A stretch of 42,124 bases of DNA from an uncultured Bacilli bacterium. GTDB taxonomy: Bacteria; Bacillota_I; Bacilli_A; RF39; UBA660. The stretch lies in contig CANQEE010000003.1 in the NCBI GenBank assembly GCA_947594595.1, forward strand, positions 1 to 42,124, read 5' to 3'. The position numbers were made by a program, and so were the translations under genes. Position 1 is the first letter of the stretch, and every line of letters begins with the position of its first letter. The notes under the pieces were generated by a model. The model did not search any database and was not told the origin of the DNA. It saw only the letters and a list, made by a program, of their open reading frames with translations. Below are positions 9,805 through 18,998 of the stretch, piece after piece.

Positions 9805-10422
9805 TTAAAACTTATGCCCACACATGAAACATTGCGTTGCTGTTTCATCTACTTGATTCCCACAGTTTGGACAGAATTTTGTATTTATTGCACTATTTTG
9901 AACTGGTTGTTGCATTTGTGGTTGTGTTGGTTGTTGGTAGTTTTGTTGTGGATTAACATTTTTGTTATTATATCCTTGATTCACATTCGCTTGTGTCTCA
10001 GTTGGTTTCTTATATAGAATTGCATGAGCAACTAAACATATAACACCTAACCATAATAAATAGAAACCAAGTCCATTTTTTAAGTATTCACTATTAAAAT
10101 CAGATTTTGTATTTAAGTAAATAACAAATCCCACTACTAATATTGTAGGTATAATAGATAATTTAGGACTAGCATTTTCAATTTTTCTACCTAAATTAGA
10201 ATTAAATACTCGAGGAATATCTTTTTGCAAAAAATCCCTAAATATAAACATTGTATTTAAAATTATTAACACAACAATTATCTTGCCTTCCCAGTATTTC
10301 CATAATGATATAGAATACGAGTATCCTAAAAATGAAACTTGAAAATATGGTGTTATTGTACCTACAAACAAACATGCAATTCCAATGATTGCCAATATTC
10401 TTTTATTTTTCAAAACATCCAT
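9805..10422 (-). CDS. 4-TM membrane protein with Q/P-rich linker and C-terminal zinc ribbon
   Basis: Four hydrophobic segments and CPNCG..CFMCG. Confidence 0.8.
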   Translation of the reverse strand: MDVLKNKRILAIIGIACLFVGTITPYFQVSFLGYSYSISLWKYWEGKIIVVLIILNTMFIFRDFLQKDIPRVFNSNLGRKIENASPKLSIIPTILVVGFVIYLNTKSDFNSEYLKNGLGFYLLWLGVICLVAHAILYKKPTETQANVNQGYNNKNVNPQQNYQQPTQPQMQQPVQNSAINTKFCPNCGNQVDETATQCFMCGHKF

Positions 10423-10427
10423 TTTTC

Positions 10428-12125
10428 TTACCTTTCCTTATTTGATTCATAAAATAATTTTCCATTATAGGCATAATATTGTTCATTATTATCTTTGGTA
10501 ATTAAGATGTAATGATCATAAAAGTTTGGTGAGCTTTCTAACTTTAATATTTCTGCTTTTTTACTTATATCATAAAGAATATATTTTGAATCAGTCGTTG
10601 ATAATTTTGCATAATATTTATTTTGTTTTTCAGTAATATCAATATCAGAATATTTGCAATCTAATACTTGTTTTCCATTCTTATCTAAAATTCCCTTTAA
10701 ATTATTTTTAGTAACTATATAATAGTTATTGTATAAAGAAAGATTATCAAAATCATCACTAATCTTTTTACCTGTGGTGTCAATTAGATAATACTTTTCT
10801 TTATCATCACTAACTTTAGCAAATCCATTTTTGTCAAAATTATCAGCTCTAGCAAATGATTTGCCAAAAGCATTTTCGCCTTTTGAATTATAAAACTCAT
10901 AAGTACCAGAAGATGTCCCACAAGATGAACTATAATAGGTTCCTAAAATATACAAGCCCTTTTCAACATAACCTGTTCCTTTTATATTTCTACACGAAAT
11001 ATTTTTAACAACTTTACCATCAATATAAAAATCAACCCCATTAAATGAACCTTCTTTGTTTTGAGCATAATGGTTATTATCTAGATAGAGTTTTTTTGAA
11101 ATATTTATTCCAACATTTAGGTTATTATCTAAAAGATATGCCTTATTATCTTTACTACATACTAGATTACTATTTTCATAATAAACTTGATCACATTTAT
11201 CATTTAAATCATATAATTTACCATCTTTTATAAATTTATAATAGGTGTTATCTTGACTTTGAAACCACCCAACACAAGAATTTAGAGTAATTATTTTTCC
11301 ATCGTCTTCAACATGATTGACACAGTAATGTTTATCATCAGTAAAAGATATTACTTCTTTTCCTGTTTTTTCATTGAATATAAAATTTTTGTTATTATAA
11401 AATACCGATATGTATCCATCTTCTTCATTTGTTTCCGGATCATCCTCAATATTTTCTAAAATAGGAAAACTTGTCATTACCTTACCCTGATAGTTTAATA
11501 CTTTATATGTTTTCGTAGATTTTTCTTCCAAGATTGAATAATATTCACCAATAAAAGTGTTTAGATCATTCTCTTCTAAATCATATAAAACTTTCCCTGT
11601 CCCATCAATAAGGAAGTCGTGATAATCTTCCCCTTGAGCTTTATACATACCTGCTTCGGTTGAAATATAAGAATACTTGCCAAAATCTACTGTCATTTTC
11701 CCATTAGAATCAATTATTCCATAAGCATCATCTTTTTCTACTAAAGATGTTCCATTTACAAAATTACTTGCTGAATTAAATATAAATTCTGTAAGTTGCT
11801 TTCCTTCATCATTAAATAAGGCATATTTACTATCTTCATTTTTAATAAAAAATGCAGTAGAATAAGTGATATCTTTTTCTAAATTTTTATTTTTATCTTT
11901 ATTAAAATAAAAGAAAGCAATTATACCAAAAATTATTATTATAACAATTACGATCCATATTACTTTTTTATTATTTTTTGTTTGATTACTTGAAGTATCA
12001 ATATAATTATTATTTATAGGTTGCTGTATAGGTTGATTTTGAGGTTGTGCATATGTGGGTTGACTTATTTGTTCGTTACTGGTGTTAATTTGTTGTGAAA
12101 GGTTATTATTAAATTCATTATTCAT
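10428..12125 (-). CDS. Membrane-anchored WG-repeat-like protein
   Basis: N/Q-rich N-terminus, one TM, repeated Y/G-IID..GK motifs (YGIIDSNGK, YYLIDTTGK, KGILDKNGK). Confidence 0.75.
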   Translation of the reverse strand: MNNEFNNNLSQQINTSNEQISQPTYAQPQNQPIQQPINNNYIDTSSNQTKNNKKVIWIVIVIIIIFGIIAFFYFNKDKNKNLEKDITYSTAFFIKNEDSKYALFNDEGKQLTEFIFNSASNFVNGTSLVEKDDAYGIIDSNGKMTVDFGKYSYISTEAGMYKAQGEDYHDFLIDGTGKVLYDLEENDLNTFIGEYYSILEEKSTKTYKVLNYQGKVMTSFPILENIEDDPETNEEDGYISVFYNNKNFIFNEKTGKEVISFTDDKHYCVNHVEDDGKIITLNSCVGWFQSQDNTYYKFIKDGKLYDLNDKCDQVYYENSNLVCSKDNKAYLLDNNLNVGINISKKLYLDNNHYAQNKEGSFNGVDFYIDGKVVKNISCRNIKGTGYVEKGLYILGTYYSSSCGTSSGTYEFYNSKGENAFGKSFARADNFDKNGFAKVSDDKEKYYLIDTTGKKISDDFDNLSLYNNYYIVTKNNLKGILDKNGKQVLDCKYSDIDITEKQNKYYAKLSTTDSKYILYDISKKAEILKLESSPNFYDHYILITKDNNEQYYAYNGKLFYESNKER

Positions 12126-12979
12126 TATTTAAACATATCCATTATGTTGTCTAGTCCACCTGCTACTGAACTCATAAACAATTTCATATATGCATAATAT
12201 CCTGCAACTGCTAATATACCAAAACATATTAAGTTAAAGTATATTTTTGCATCTTTCTCTAATTTCAATTCACTATTCATCAATTCATACAATATTATTA
12301 AAGTATAAACTGCACCAACAACCATAAATACTATACTTAAAGGACTCCATATCATACCACCTAATGGAGATAAAATCATTATTCCAAAAACAGCAGGTAT
12401 GACTGATGTTGCTGCAATAGATAACGATTTTATAAAACTTAATTGTTTTTTTGCAACTAAACCGCCTAAATAAAATACTAATGTTATAGCAAAAATTATA
12501 CAAACATAAATCAAAAAGTTCTTACCTATTAGTTCTAACCATTTGATATTTTGTAAATTATCCCATTGCCATGAGGATGTATGACCCTCTGTCCAACTAT
12601 AACTTGATACTCTCACAGTTGTTAAAATTGTTTTAACCATATTGATGATTGTCATCACTACACTAACAACCAAAGCCAATATAACTGATGTTTTAGGATT
12701 ATTTAACTTTGTTTCTTCTTCTTGAAAACATTTAAATGGCTTTAAAAGAATAGCAATTATATACATGAAATAATTTAATGATGCCGTACTAACAGGATTG
12801 TTAGGTTGTTGGGTAGTTTGATTTTGAGAACCCACAAAAGTAGATTGAGCAACTTGCTCATTCATAGGAGCATTGTTAACAACATGATTCATGGATTGTA
12901 ATTCTTGTAAATTCGTTCCACATTTTATGCAAAATGTTGATCCATTCATATTTTCTGCTCCACATTTTGGACAATTCAT
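12125..12979 (-). CDS. Zinc-ribbon plus YIP1-family membrane protein
   Basis: CPKCG..CIKCG at the N-terminus, then LLKPFKCF and 5 TM segments as in Yip1. Confidence 0.8.
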   Translation of the reverse strand: MNCPKCGAENMNGSTFCIKCGTNLQELQSMNHVVNNAPMNEQVAQSTFVGSQNQTTQQPNNPVSTASLNYFMYIIAILLKPFKCFQEEETKLNNPKTSVILALVVSVVMTIINMVKTILTTVRVSSYSWTEGHTSSWQWDNLQNIKWLELIGKNFLIYVCIIFAITLVFYLGGLVAKKQLSFIKSLSIAATSVIPAVFGIMILSPLGGMIWSPLSIVFMVVGAVYTLIILYELMNSELKLEKDAKIYFNLICFGILAVAGYYAYMKLFMSSVAGGLDNIMDMFK

Positions 12980-14523
12980 TGTTTTCCTCCTTTATCTATA
13001 TTATCTTTAATAAAACTTGCAATAGGATTACTATTTGCAACTGAATTAACAACACTATTGGTAATGTTTTGCCCTGTTAATGAATCAAAAACTTTACTCG
13101 TGCTTGTTTGTCCATCAACTCTTTTATTGTTTGCACCATTCATAGTAGAATTCGTAAGACCTTGTTCTGATTTAATAAAGTTATCTACTTTTCTTAAATT
13201 GGTCATATTTTTTTTCGTTTCTGTTTCATAAGTATGTCTGGCATTAGAATTACGATACCTTATAAACATGAGAATAAAATAAACAACTCCAGAGAATAAA
13301 AATAAGAAACTATAATCAAAATCTACAAAGAACATAGCAATGATACCTAGAATTTCAACTAAAAATGATATTCCTATTAACTTGGGCATGTGTATTGGTA
13401 CACTACCCATTGTTTCCTTCGTTCTTGCATTAACTGCAACGTAATGTAATATTTTTCTATTTCCATTGACTTGTTGATAACTATATAACCAAACAGGCAA
13501 ATATGCTGCCTTCCATTGTTGTCCTTTTACACTGAATTGTTCATTAGACCATGCAACACCACGATCATATTCCTTTAACGTTTCATTTGCAGCAAATCTT
13601 GCAATATCTTTTGATTCTGTATCTACAATTGATCTTAATTGGTCAACATTCGTATCCCTTTTTTCAGAGGTATAACCTTTTAAATAGTTCGCATTATATT
13701 TAACACTATTTTCAACATCAAAAGGCATAATAGCATTGATTACATTATTTGTTTCATCTGAAGCAGTATTATTCAGTTTATCAAGACTCGATTCAACTGA
13801 AAGTCCACTGATTGCTAAGTCAAATTCTCTTTCAACATGATATAAATCAGCATCATAATAGGCTTGTTGATTATTACCACTACCTCGAAAGTATTTTTTT
13901 GTTTGATGTTCACCCTCTCCAATAAAATTAGCATGAGCATTAACATCTACGATCATATAAGGAAAATATACACCCATTATATTTTCAGTAGTAAATTCTT
14001 CTCTAAATTTTGGATGTGCAAAAAATTTTCTCTTTCCTACAAATTTTTCAATTTCTAATTTAGCAGTATCTTTATTGATGTTGAAAGGCAATACAACATC
14101 TGGAATACTACCATTAGGAATTTGTTGATTCACAGATAATGTGTTTCTACACCAATGGCATCTAGCTTGCGAAGCAGAAGCAGTATCTATCACAACTTCC
14201 GCGCCACAACTACTACATTTAAAAGTTAGAACTTCATTGGTATCCGCAACAATATCGGTCGCTCCTGAACCCATAACTTGCCCTTGTAATTGAGATATAT
14301 CTTCTACCATACCTGAAACTTTTTCAGGTTCAAACTCATGACGGCAAAAATTACATCTTAATTTACCATTATTTGTATTTGTTGAAATATCTGTCGAACC
14401 ACATCGTGGACATTTTTCTTGTCCATCTTTTGCGTCGACGTCCGTCTTTACAATAGTAGGCTCATGATTTTGAATATTATTATTTATAGGAGGAGTTATA
14501 TTTGAATTAGAACCGTCTTGCAT
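12976..14523 (-). CDS. Double zinc-ribbon membrane protein (YdjG-like, 'TFIIB-type zinc ribbon')
   Basis: CPRCG..CNFC, CSSCG..CHWC, PD.VLPF, GVYFPY, YLPVW, VNARTKET.G..P, two C-terminal TMs. Confidence 0.8.
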   Translation of the reverse strand: MQDGSNSNITPPINNNIQNHEPTIVKTDVDAKDGQEKCPRCGSTDISTNTNNGKLRCNFCRHEFEPEKVSGMVEDISQLQGQVMGSGATDIVADTNEVLTFKCSSCGAEVVIDTASASQARCHWCRNTLSVNQQIPNGSIPDVVLPFNINKDTAKLEIEKFVGKRKFFAHPKFREEFTTENIMGVYFPYMIVDVNAHANFIGEGEHQTKKYFRGSGNNQQAYYDADLYHVEREFDLAISGLSVESSLDKLNNTASDETNNVINAIMPFDVENSVKYNANYLKGYTSEKRDTNVDQLRSIVDTESKDIARFAANETLKEYDRGVAWSNEQFSVKGQQWKAAYLPVWLYSYQQVNGNRKILHYVAVNARTKETMGSVPIHMPKLIGISFLVEILGIIAMFFVDFDYSFLFLFSGVVYFILMFIRYRNSNARHTYETETKKNMTNLRKVDNFIKSEQGLTNSTMNGANNKRVDGQTSTSKVFDSLTGQNITNSVVNSVANSNPIASFIKDNIDKGGKQ

Positions 14524-14526
14524 TTT

Positions 14527-15732
14527 TTATAATCCCAATAATTGTGCCTTTAATTTATCATAATCTTCTTGCGTAATTAACCCTGCATCTAATAATTTTT
14601 TCTTTTCACTTAAAACTGTCATTGGATCTTGTTGTGCTGTTTCTTGAGCTTGCTGTACAGGTTGGGCTTGACCAAATGCAGGTTGATAGGAAGATTGAGT
14701 TGGTTGTTGTTGCATTGCACCCATCATATTCCCTGCTGCATTCATGCCCATTCCCATAAAGGCCATACCTGCACCACCTCCGTTTTCACCAGCGGCTTGC
14801 ATTCCTCTAGCAACAGCCTGTTGCATAAATGCATTGCCTCTTGCACCAGATAGTGCATCTGCTGCTTTTACATCCTTCATTAGTTTCTTTGTATCTTCAT
14901 CATATTCAATAGCAAGAATTGCTGTTTTAACGATTTCAAGTCCTCTATCACTTTTCCATTGATAGGCATCTTCAACTGCTTGTGCCATAGCTTGTGCAAA
15001 ACCTATTTGATCCCCTTGAATCTTTGAAATACGGTTTCCTTTGCTTGGATCATTTGTATAATTTGAAAATGCTGCTGACAAAGTACCAACTACTTCATTA
15101 AATAATTGACTTCCAGCATCATTATCCATATCAGCAAAGTCAAATACAGGAGCTCCTGGTTGTAAATATTTAGCAGGAACAAAATTCTTCACGAATAATA
15201 ATGGATCAACTATTTTTAAAGTATATGTACCTCTAGTTACCGCTCCAACTTGTGTTCCAAAAAAGGCATCATCCCAATATATTTCTGATTGCGTACCAAA
15301 TTTATTATTTGGTATTTCTTTTAAATTAACATAAAATGCTAATTGTTGACTGCCAGGTTGTCCACCAAATTTAACCTTTTCCCATGTAGATTTAAGAGTT
15401 TGACCAAAAATACCATCTCCTGCAAACATAGATTGTGAATTTGGGTCATCTGATCTAAATTCAAAACCTCCTGGCTCTGCTATACAACCTGTAATAGCAC
15501 CATCTTGAATAGTAATAAGGGCAGTACCTTCTGGTACAACTATTTTACTACCATTCGTAATAATATTTTCATTTCCCTTATAATTTTCACCACGACCATT
15601 GTTTTGTGATTGTGGTACAGCTTGAAATAATCCTGCAGTACCAGGAACGTTTGCTCTAGGCATATAAAAATCTTTCCATTGATCTGCAAATGTGCCACCC
15701 AGGGCACCTGAAAATGCTTTAATAAAACCCAT
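14527..15732 (-). CDS. SPFH/band-7 protein (YdjI / 'virion core protein'-like) with C-terminal SHOCT domain
   Basis: ADQWKDF, IITNGSKIVVPEG, EPGGF, YVNLKEI..KFGT, GMAFMGMGM, SHOCT (KKLLDAGLITQEDYDKLKAQLL). ATG 15732 behind GGAGG. Confidence 0.88.
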   Translation of the reverse strand: MGFIKAFSGALGGTFADQWKDFYMPRANVPGTAGLFQAVPQSQNNGRGENYKGNENIITNGSKIVVPEGTALITIQDGAITGCIAEPGGFEFRSDDPNSQSMFAGDGIFGQTLKSTWEKVKFGGQPGSQQLAFYVNLKEIPNNKFGTQSEIYWDDAFFGTQVGAVTRGTYTLKIVDPLLFVKNFVPAKYLQPGAPVFDFADMDNDAGSQLFNEVVGTLSAAFSNYTNDPSKGNRISKIQGDQIGFAQAMAQAVEDAYQWKSDRGLEIVKTAILAIEYDEDTKKLMKDVKAADALSGARGNAFMQQAVARGMQAAGENGGGAGMAFMGMGMNAAGNMMGAMQQQPTQSSYQPAFGQAQPVQQAQETAQQDPMTVLSEKKKLLDAGLITQEDYDKLKAQLLGL

Positions 15733-16067
15733 ATTCACTTACCTCCAATTTCTTATTTCATCATTTTCAAGATGAATAGTGAGATTACAAACAAATTACC
15801 AATAAATTAGTTATATTCGCTATTATTAACTGATATCGACTTTTATAAATCACCACCTAACTTTCTAAAATTTTAACTTGCTCTTTCTTGGTATTTATTT
15901 TTTTAGACCAACCGACTAAAACCAATAACTGAATCTAACTATATATTTTTTAGTGGCATTTCTTACACTTTTAAACAAATACGAATGTGATTTATAACAA
16001 TACAGAAAACCTAAAGAATATAAGAAATTTATATCAAATACCTCCTTTGACTCACCTATTCTACACA

Positions 16068-16179
16068 ATTATAACAAAATTCGACGAAAATTGCACTATT
16101 TTTGGATGTTTTCATAACTTTACTGACTAATAATGAGTAAAAAATGCACTATTTTTATAGGATAATGAGAATAGTTGCA
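16068..16179. promoter_or_regulatory. Divergent control region: extended -10 for the SPFH operon plus repeated candidate operator
   Basis: TGtTATAAT on the minus strand (16068-16076), tgcactattttt at 16092-16103 and 16145-16156, near-inverted copy aatagttgca at 16170-16179. Confidence 0.5.
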
Positions 16180-16225
16180 TATAACTAACCTTTAATATAA
16201 TACTGATTTTTAGGAGGTGAAAGAG

Positions 16226-16657
16226 TTGAAATTCAAAAAAGATGATGAAAATTATATTTATCAACTAATTGGGAAAAATATTAAAAAATATAGAAAACTG
16301 AAAGGTTGGACTCAAGAGCGTTTAGCTGAAGAAATCAATTATTCTCTCTCATTTATCAGTGGTATCGAATCTACAGCATATCATCAGACTTTTTCTCTAG
16401 GTGCATTGTGGCGAATCTCTAGAGTATTAGGAGTTGATTTTTGCAAATTATGTGAAGATACCGATAATATTAAGAAGGTAAAATTTATAACATATAAATG
16501 TGAGTCTTGTGGGATAGAAACAAAAATGCCTATACAAGTAGTAAGGCATTTTAAAAATATTTACGAATTAACAAACAATAAAAACATTCCAACTTTTGAT
16601 TGTACAAATTGTGATGGGCAATTAAAACCTATCAATCCAATGGATTTAATCGAGTAG
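16226..16657 (+). CDS. XRE-family HTH regulator with C-terminal zinc ribbon
   Basis: IKKYRKLKGWTQERLAE..SFISGIE, then CESCG..CTNC. Start is probably TTG 16226 after AGGAGG. Confidence 0.88.
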   Translation: MKFKKDDENYIYQLIGKNIKKYRKLKGWTQERLAEEINYSLSFISGIESTAYHQTFSLGALWRISRVLGVDFCKLCEDTDNIKKVKFITYKCESCGIETKMPIQVVRHFKNIYELTNNKNIPTFDCTNCDGQLKPINPMDLIE

Positions 16658-16768
16658 AAAGAAAGAATAAATTATTTCGTTTCTCTTACGTCCCTGTACG
16701 TATCATTCGGTAACAGCAGTTCGTTTTAGTATAATGATTCATTGGAAAGAATCCCCTTTTTTTGCATT

Positions 16769-16807
16769 AAAAAAAATGAATCTGTGAATTAAACAAATTC
16801 ATTTTTT
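16769..16807. terminator. Bidirectional terminator between the XRE and dockerin genes
   Basis: aaaaaatgaatctgt / acaaattcatttttt inverted repeat with A/T tails. Confidence 0.6.
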
Positions 16808-16847
16808 CTTTTTTTTATTTCTTTCAACAGGCTTTCTCCATATAATT

Positions 16848-18101
16848 TTATGTCAATGATTGAAGAATTGCTAATACATCTGCATTGGTTATATTTTTAT
16901 CCTGATTATAATCAGCAGCTTTTTTTGCAACTTCATCTAAATTCTTTAAGCCAGCTAATGCTTGTTGAATCATTGTAGCATCTTTAGAAGTAACTTTTCC
17001 ATCCCCATTCACATCTCCTAACAAATAGTATTTCTCACTTGGATCTAACTTAGGAATTACATGAATGACATATTTTGAAATCAATTCAGCATCCAAAGCA
17101 TCTACTACTTGATCTGCATTGACATCTGCTTTTTGAAATTGAGAAGAAGAAAGAGAAAAGGTACCTTTTGTATATTGTAACACGAGAAAAGAATCATCTG
17201 TTGTCACTTTTCCATCTTCATTCACATCCCCATAGATAAATTCTTTCACTACCTCTTGCATCGCTTCCTCTTGTTGAGAAGAAGATAAATTAGAATCATC
17301 TTCTTTCTCTGGAATTTTCTTGGAAGAACACATCTCTAATATTATGCGAACATCCTCTTCTGTAATTTTTAAATCTCCATCGATATCTGCAGCAAGTTTT
17401 TGAATCATACGTAAAGAAATAAGATTTACTAAATACTGTTGAATCATTGTAGCATCCTTAGAGGTAATTTCCCCATCTTCGTCTACATCTCCTAAAGTAT
17501 AATACTTTTCCTCTGGATTAAGAATTGGAAATTCCCGAATCTTATTTGTGCAAAATAATAGAATCAGTTCTGCATCTAATTCATTGATTTCATTATCTCC
17601 TGAAACATTTGCAAGAACTTGTTGATATTCTGTTAAAGAGGTCTGGTTAACTATATATTTTTGAATGATCGTACTATCCTTTGTGTTAACTATTCCATTT
17701 TGATCAACATCTCCAGGTTCAAAACCAAATTTTCCCTCTTCTATAGGAAATCTTTGAATTCTTTTCCCTACTTTTTTTAAAATAAGTTGTACATCAATTT
17801 GATTGAGTTTCTTGTCTCCATCCACATCAGCAATCTTTATCTGTTTTGTACTCAACTCTTTTTTTCCAGCGATTTTTTGTAAGATCAATACTGCATCTTT
17901 TGTAGTAACAGTTCCATCCATATCTACATCCCCATAAGCATAGCCTCCTGCTTCAAATAATAAGGAAGGAATTCCTGCTTTCTCTAATATTTTTCCCTCT
18001 GTAACTATGAATGTACAAACCAAAAGCAAGACAATCACAAGAGAAACAATTCCTATTTTCTTCAAAAGTGAATTTCTTTCTTTTTTTTCGTGTCCTTTCA
18101 C
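16848..18101 (-). CDS. Membrane-anchored protein with five tandem type I dockerin domains
   Basis: N-terminal basic plus hydrophobic anchor, then five GDVxxDGxVxxxD...ADxxxDxxIxxxD duplicated EF-hand pairs. Confidence 0.9.
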   Translation of the reverse strand: MKGHEKKERNSLLKKIGIVSLVIVLLLVCTFIVTEGKILEKAGIPSLLFEAGGYAYGDVDMDGTVTTKDAVLILQKIAGKKELSTKQIKIADVDGDKKLNQIDVQLILKKVGKRIQRFPIEEGKFGFEPGDVDQNGIVNTKDSTIIQKYIVNQTSLTEYQQVLANVSGDNEINELDAELILLFCTNKIREFPILNPEEKYYTLGDVDEDGEITSKDATMIQQYLVNLISLRMIQKLAADIDGDLKITEEDVRIILEMCSSKKIPEKEDDSNLSSSQQEEAMQEVVKEFIYGDVNEDGKVTTDDSFLVLQYTKGTFSLSSSQFQKADVNADQVVDALDAELISKYVIHVIPKLDPSEKYYLLGDVNGDGKVTSKDATMIQQALAGLKNLDEVAKKAADYNQDKNITNADVLAILQSLT

Positions 18102-18125
18102 TTTGATACCACCTTTCTTATTATA

Positions 18126-18154
18126 ATGATAGCAAAAAGAAAATTATTTTGCAA
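18126..18154 (-). promoter_or_regulatory. Putative sigmaA promoter of the dockerin gene
   Basis: TTGCAA-17 bp-TATCAT with extended TG. Confidence 0.5.
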
Positions 18155-18206
18155 CTATACGCTGAAGTTTTAAATCTTTTTTAAGAAAAAAGAAGAGTTT
18201 TACCTC

Positions 18207-18860
18207 TTACTTTAACTTACTTTCTCCTGTTTGATAATCTATTTCAATGCCATCTTGAACATTATAAACAAAAACATGAAAGGAGACACCTTTTCCTTGA
18301 TCTTTTAAAGAATAAGCTTCCATTTCTACTCCACTTGCAATTAAGTTAGTACCGTAAAAGATGGGTCGAACTCGGTAAAGCACAGGATTTCCTGCTTCTT
18401 TTACATAATCTGCCACTTGATTTTCGAAAAGAAGCATTGATTCTGTATTCATTTGTCTTGTGCAGGTTATTAAATTTTTTAAATTAGCATTTTCTCCTGT
18501 AAGTTGATAGCCTATTAAATGACAACGATTATATAAGTATTTTCCATCAACTATATCATACTTAATCGTATGCCATCCAGAAGGTTTGATCATGCCAATA
18601 CTCCCTCTTTTTTCTTTAGGCATTGTTTTTTTAGAAACGAGCGCAACAGTAATACCACAACGACCTAAATAATCAAGTGGACTATATGATTCTAAGGAAG
18701 ATAAACTTTTTTCTTCTTCTGAAAATTGAGGAATATTTTCATTTATAATAACATAAGGAGAACCAGAATGTTTTGGAAGATCGCTTATTGCATAAGATTC
18801 TTGTACTTTCCATGAAAAGATCAGTTGTAAAATTTTTGTACTTCCCCTTGATGAATCCAT
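18207..18860 (-). CDS. DNA/RNA non-specific endonuclease (EndA/streptodornase-like); 5' end possibly frameshifted
   Basis: LD.LGRCG, PSGW, YLYNRCHLIG, NLITCTR.MN, FEN, YRVRPIF, VFVYNVQ. Confidence 0.85.
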   Translation of the reverse strand: MDSSRGSTKILQLIFSWKVQESYAISDLPKHSGSPYVIINENIPQFSEEEKSLSSLESYSPLDYLGRCGITVALVSKKTMPKEKRGSIGMIKPSGWHTIKYDIVDGKYLYNRCHLIGYQLTGENANLKNLITCTRQMNTESMLLFENQVADYVKEAGNPVLYRVRPIFYGTNLIASGVEMEAYSLKDQGKGVSFHVFVYNVQDGIEIDYQTGESKLK

Positions 18861-18998
18861 AAAGTTCCAAACAATATTAAAAAGAAAAAAGAAAGTGTGG
18901 CCCTTTTTATTTTTTTCTTTCTCTTCCTCTTATCATTTCATCCCTACTTTCTATTTTCAATATATCATAATAAAAACATTATTTCAAAGAATTAAAGA

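Noticed and set aside
5286-16702. TGTACGT in inverted orientation near both sides of the SPFH island as att sites
   Set aside because: Only 7 bp, does not extend, and is plausible by chance.
16848-18101. Evidence for a cellulosome
   Set aside because: No cohesin, CBM or glycoside hydrolase gene in the window.
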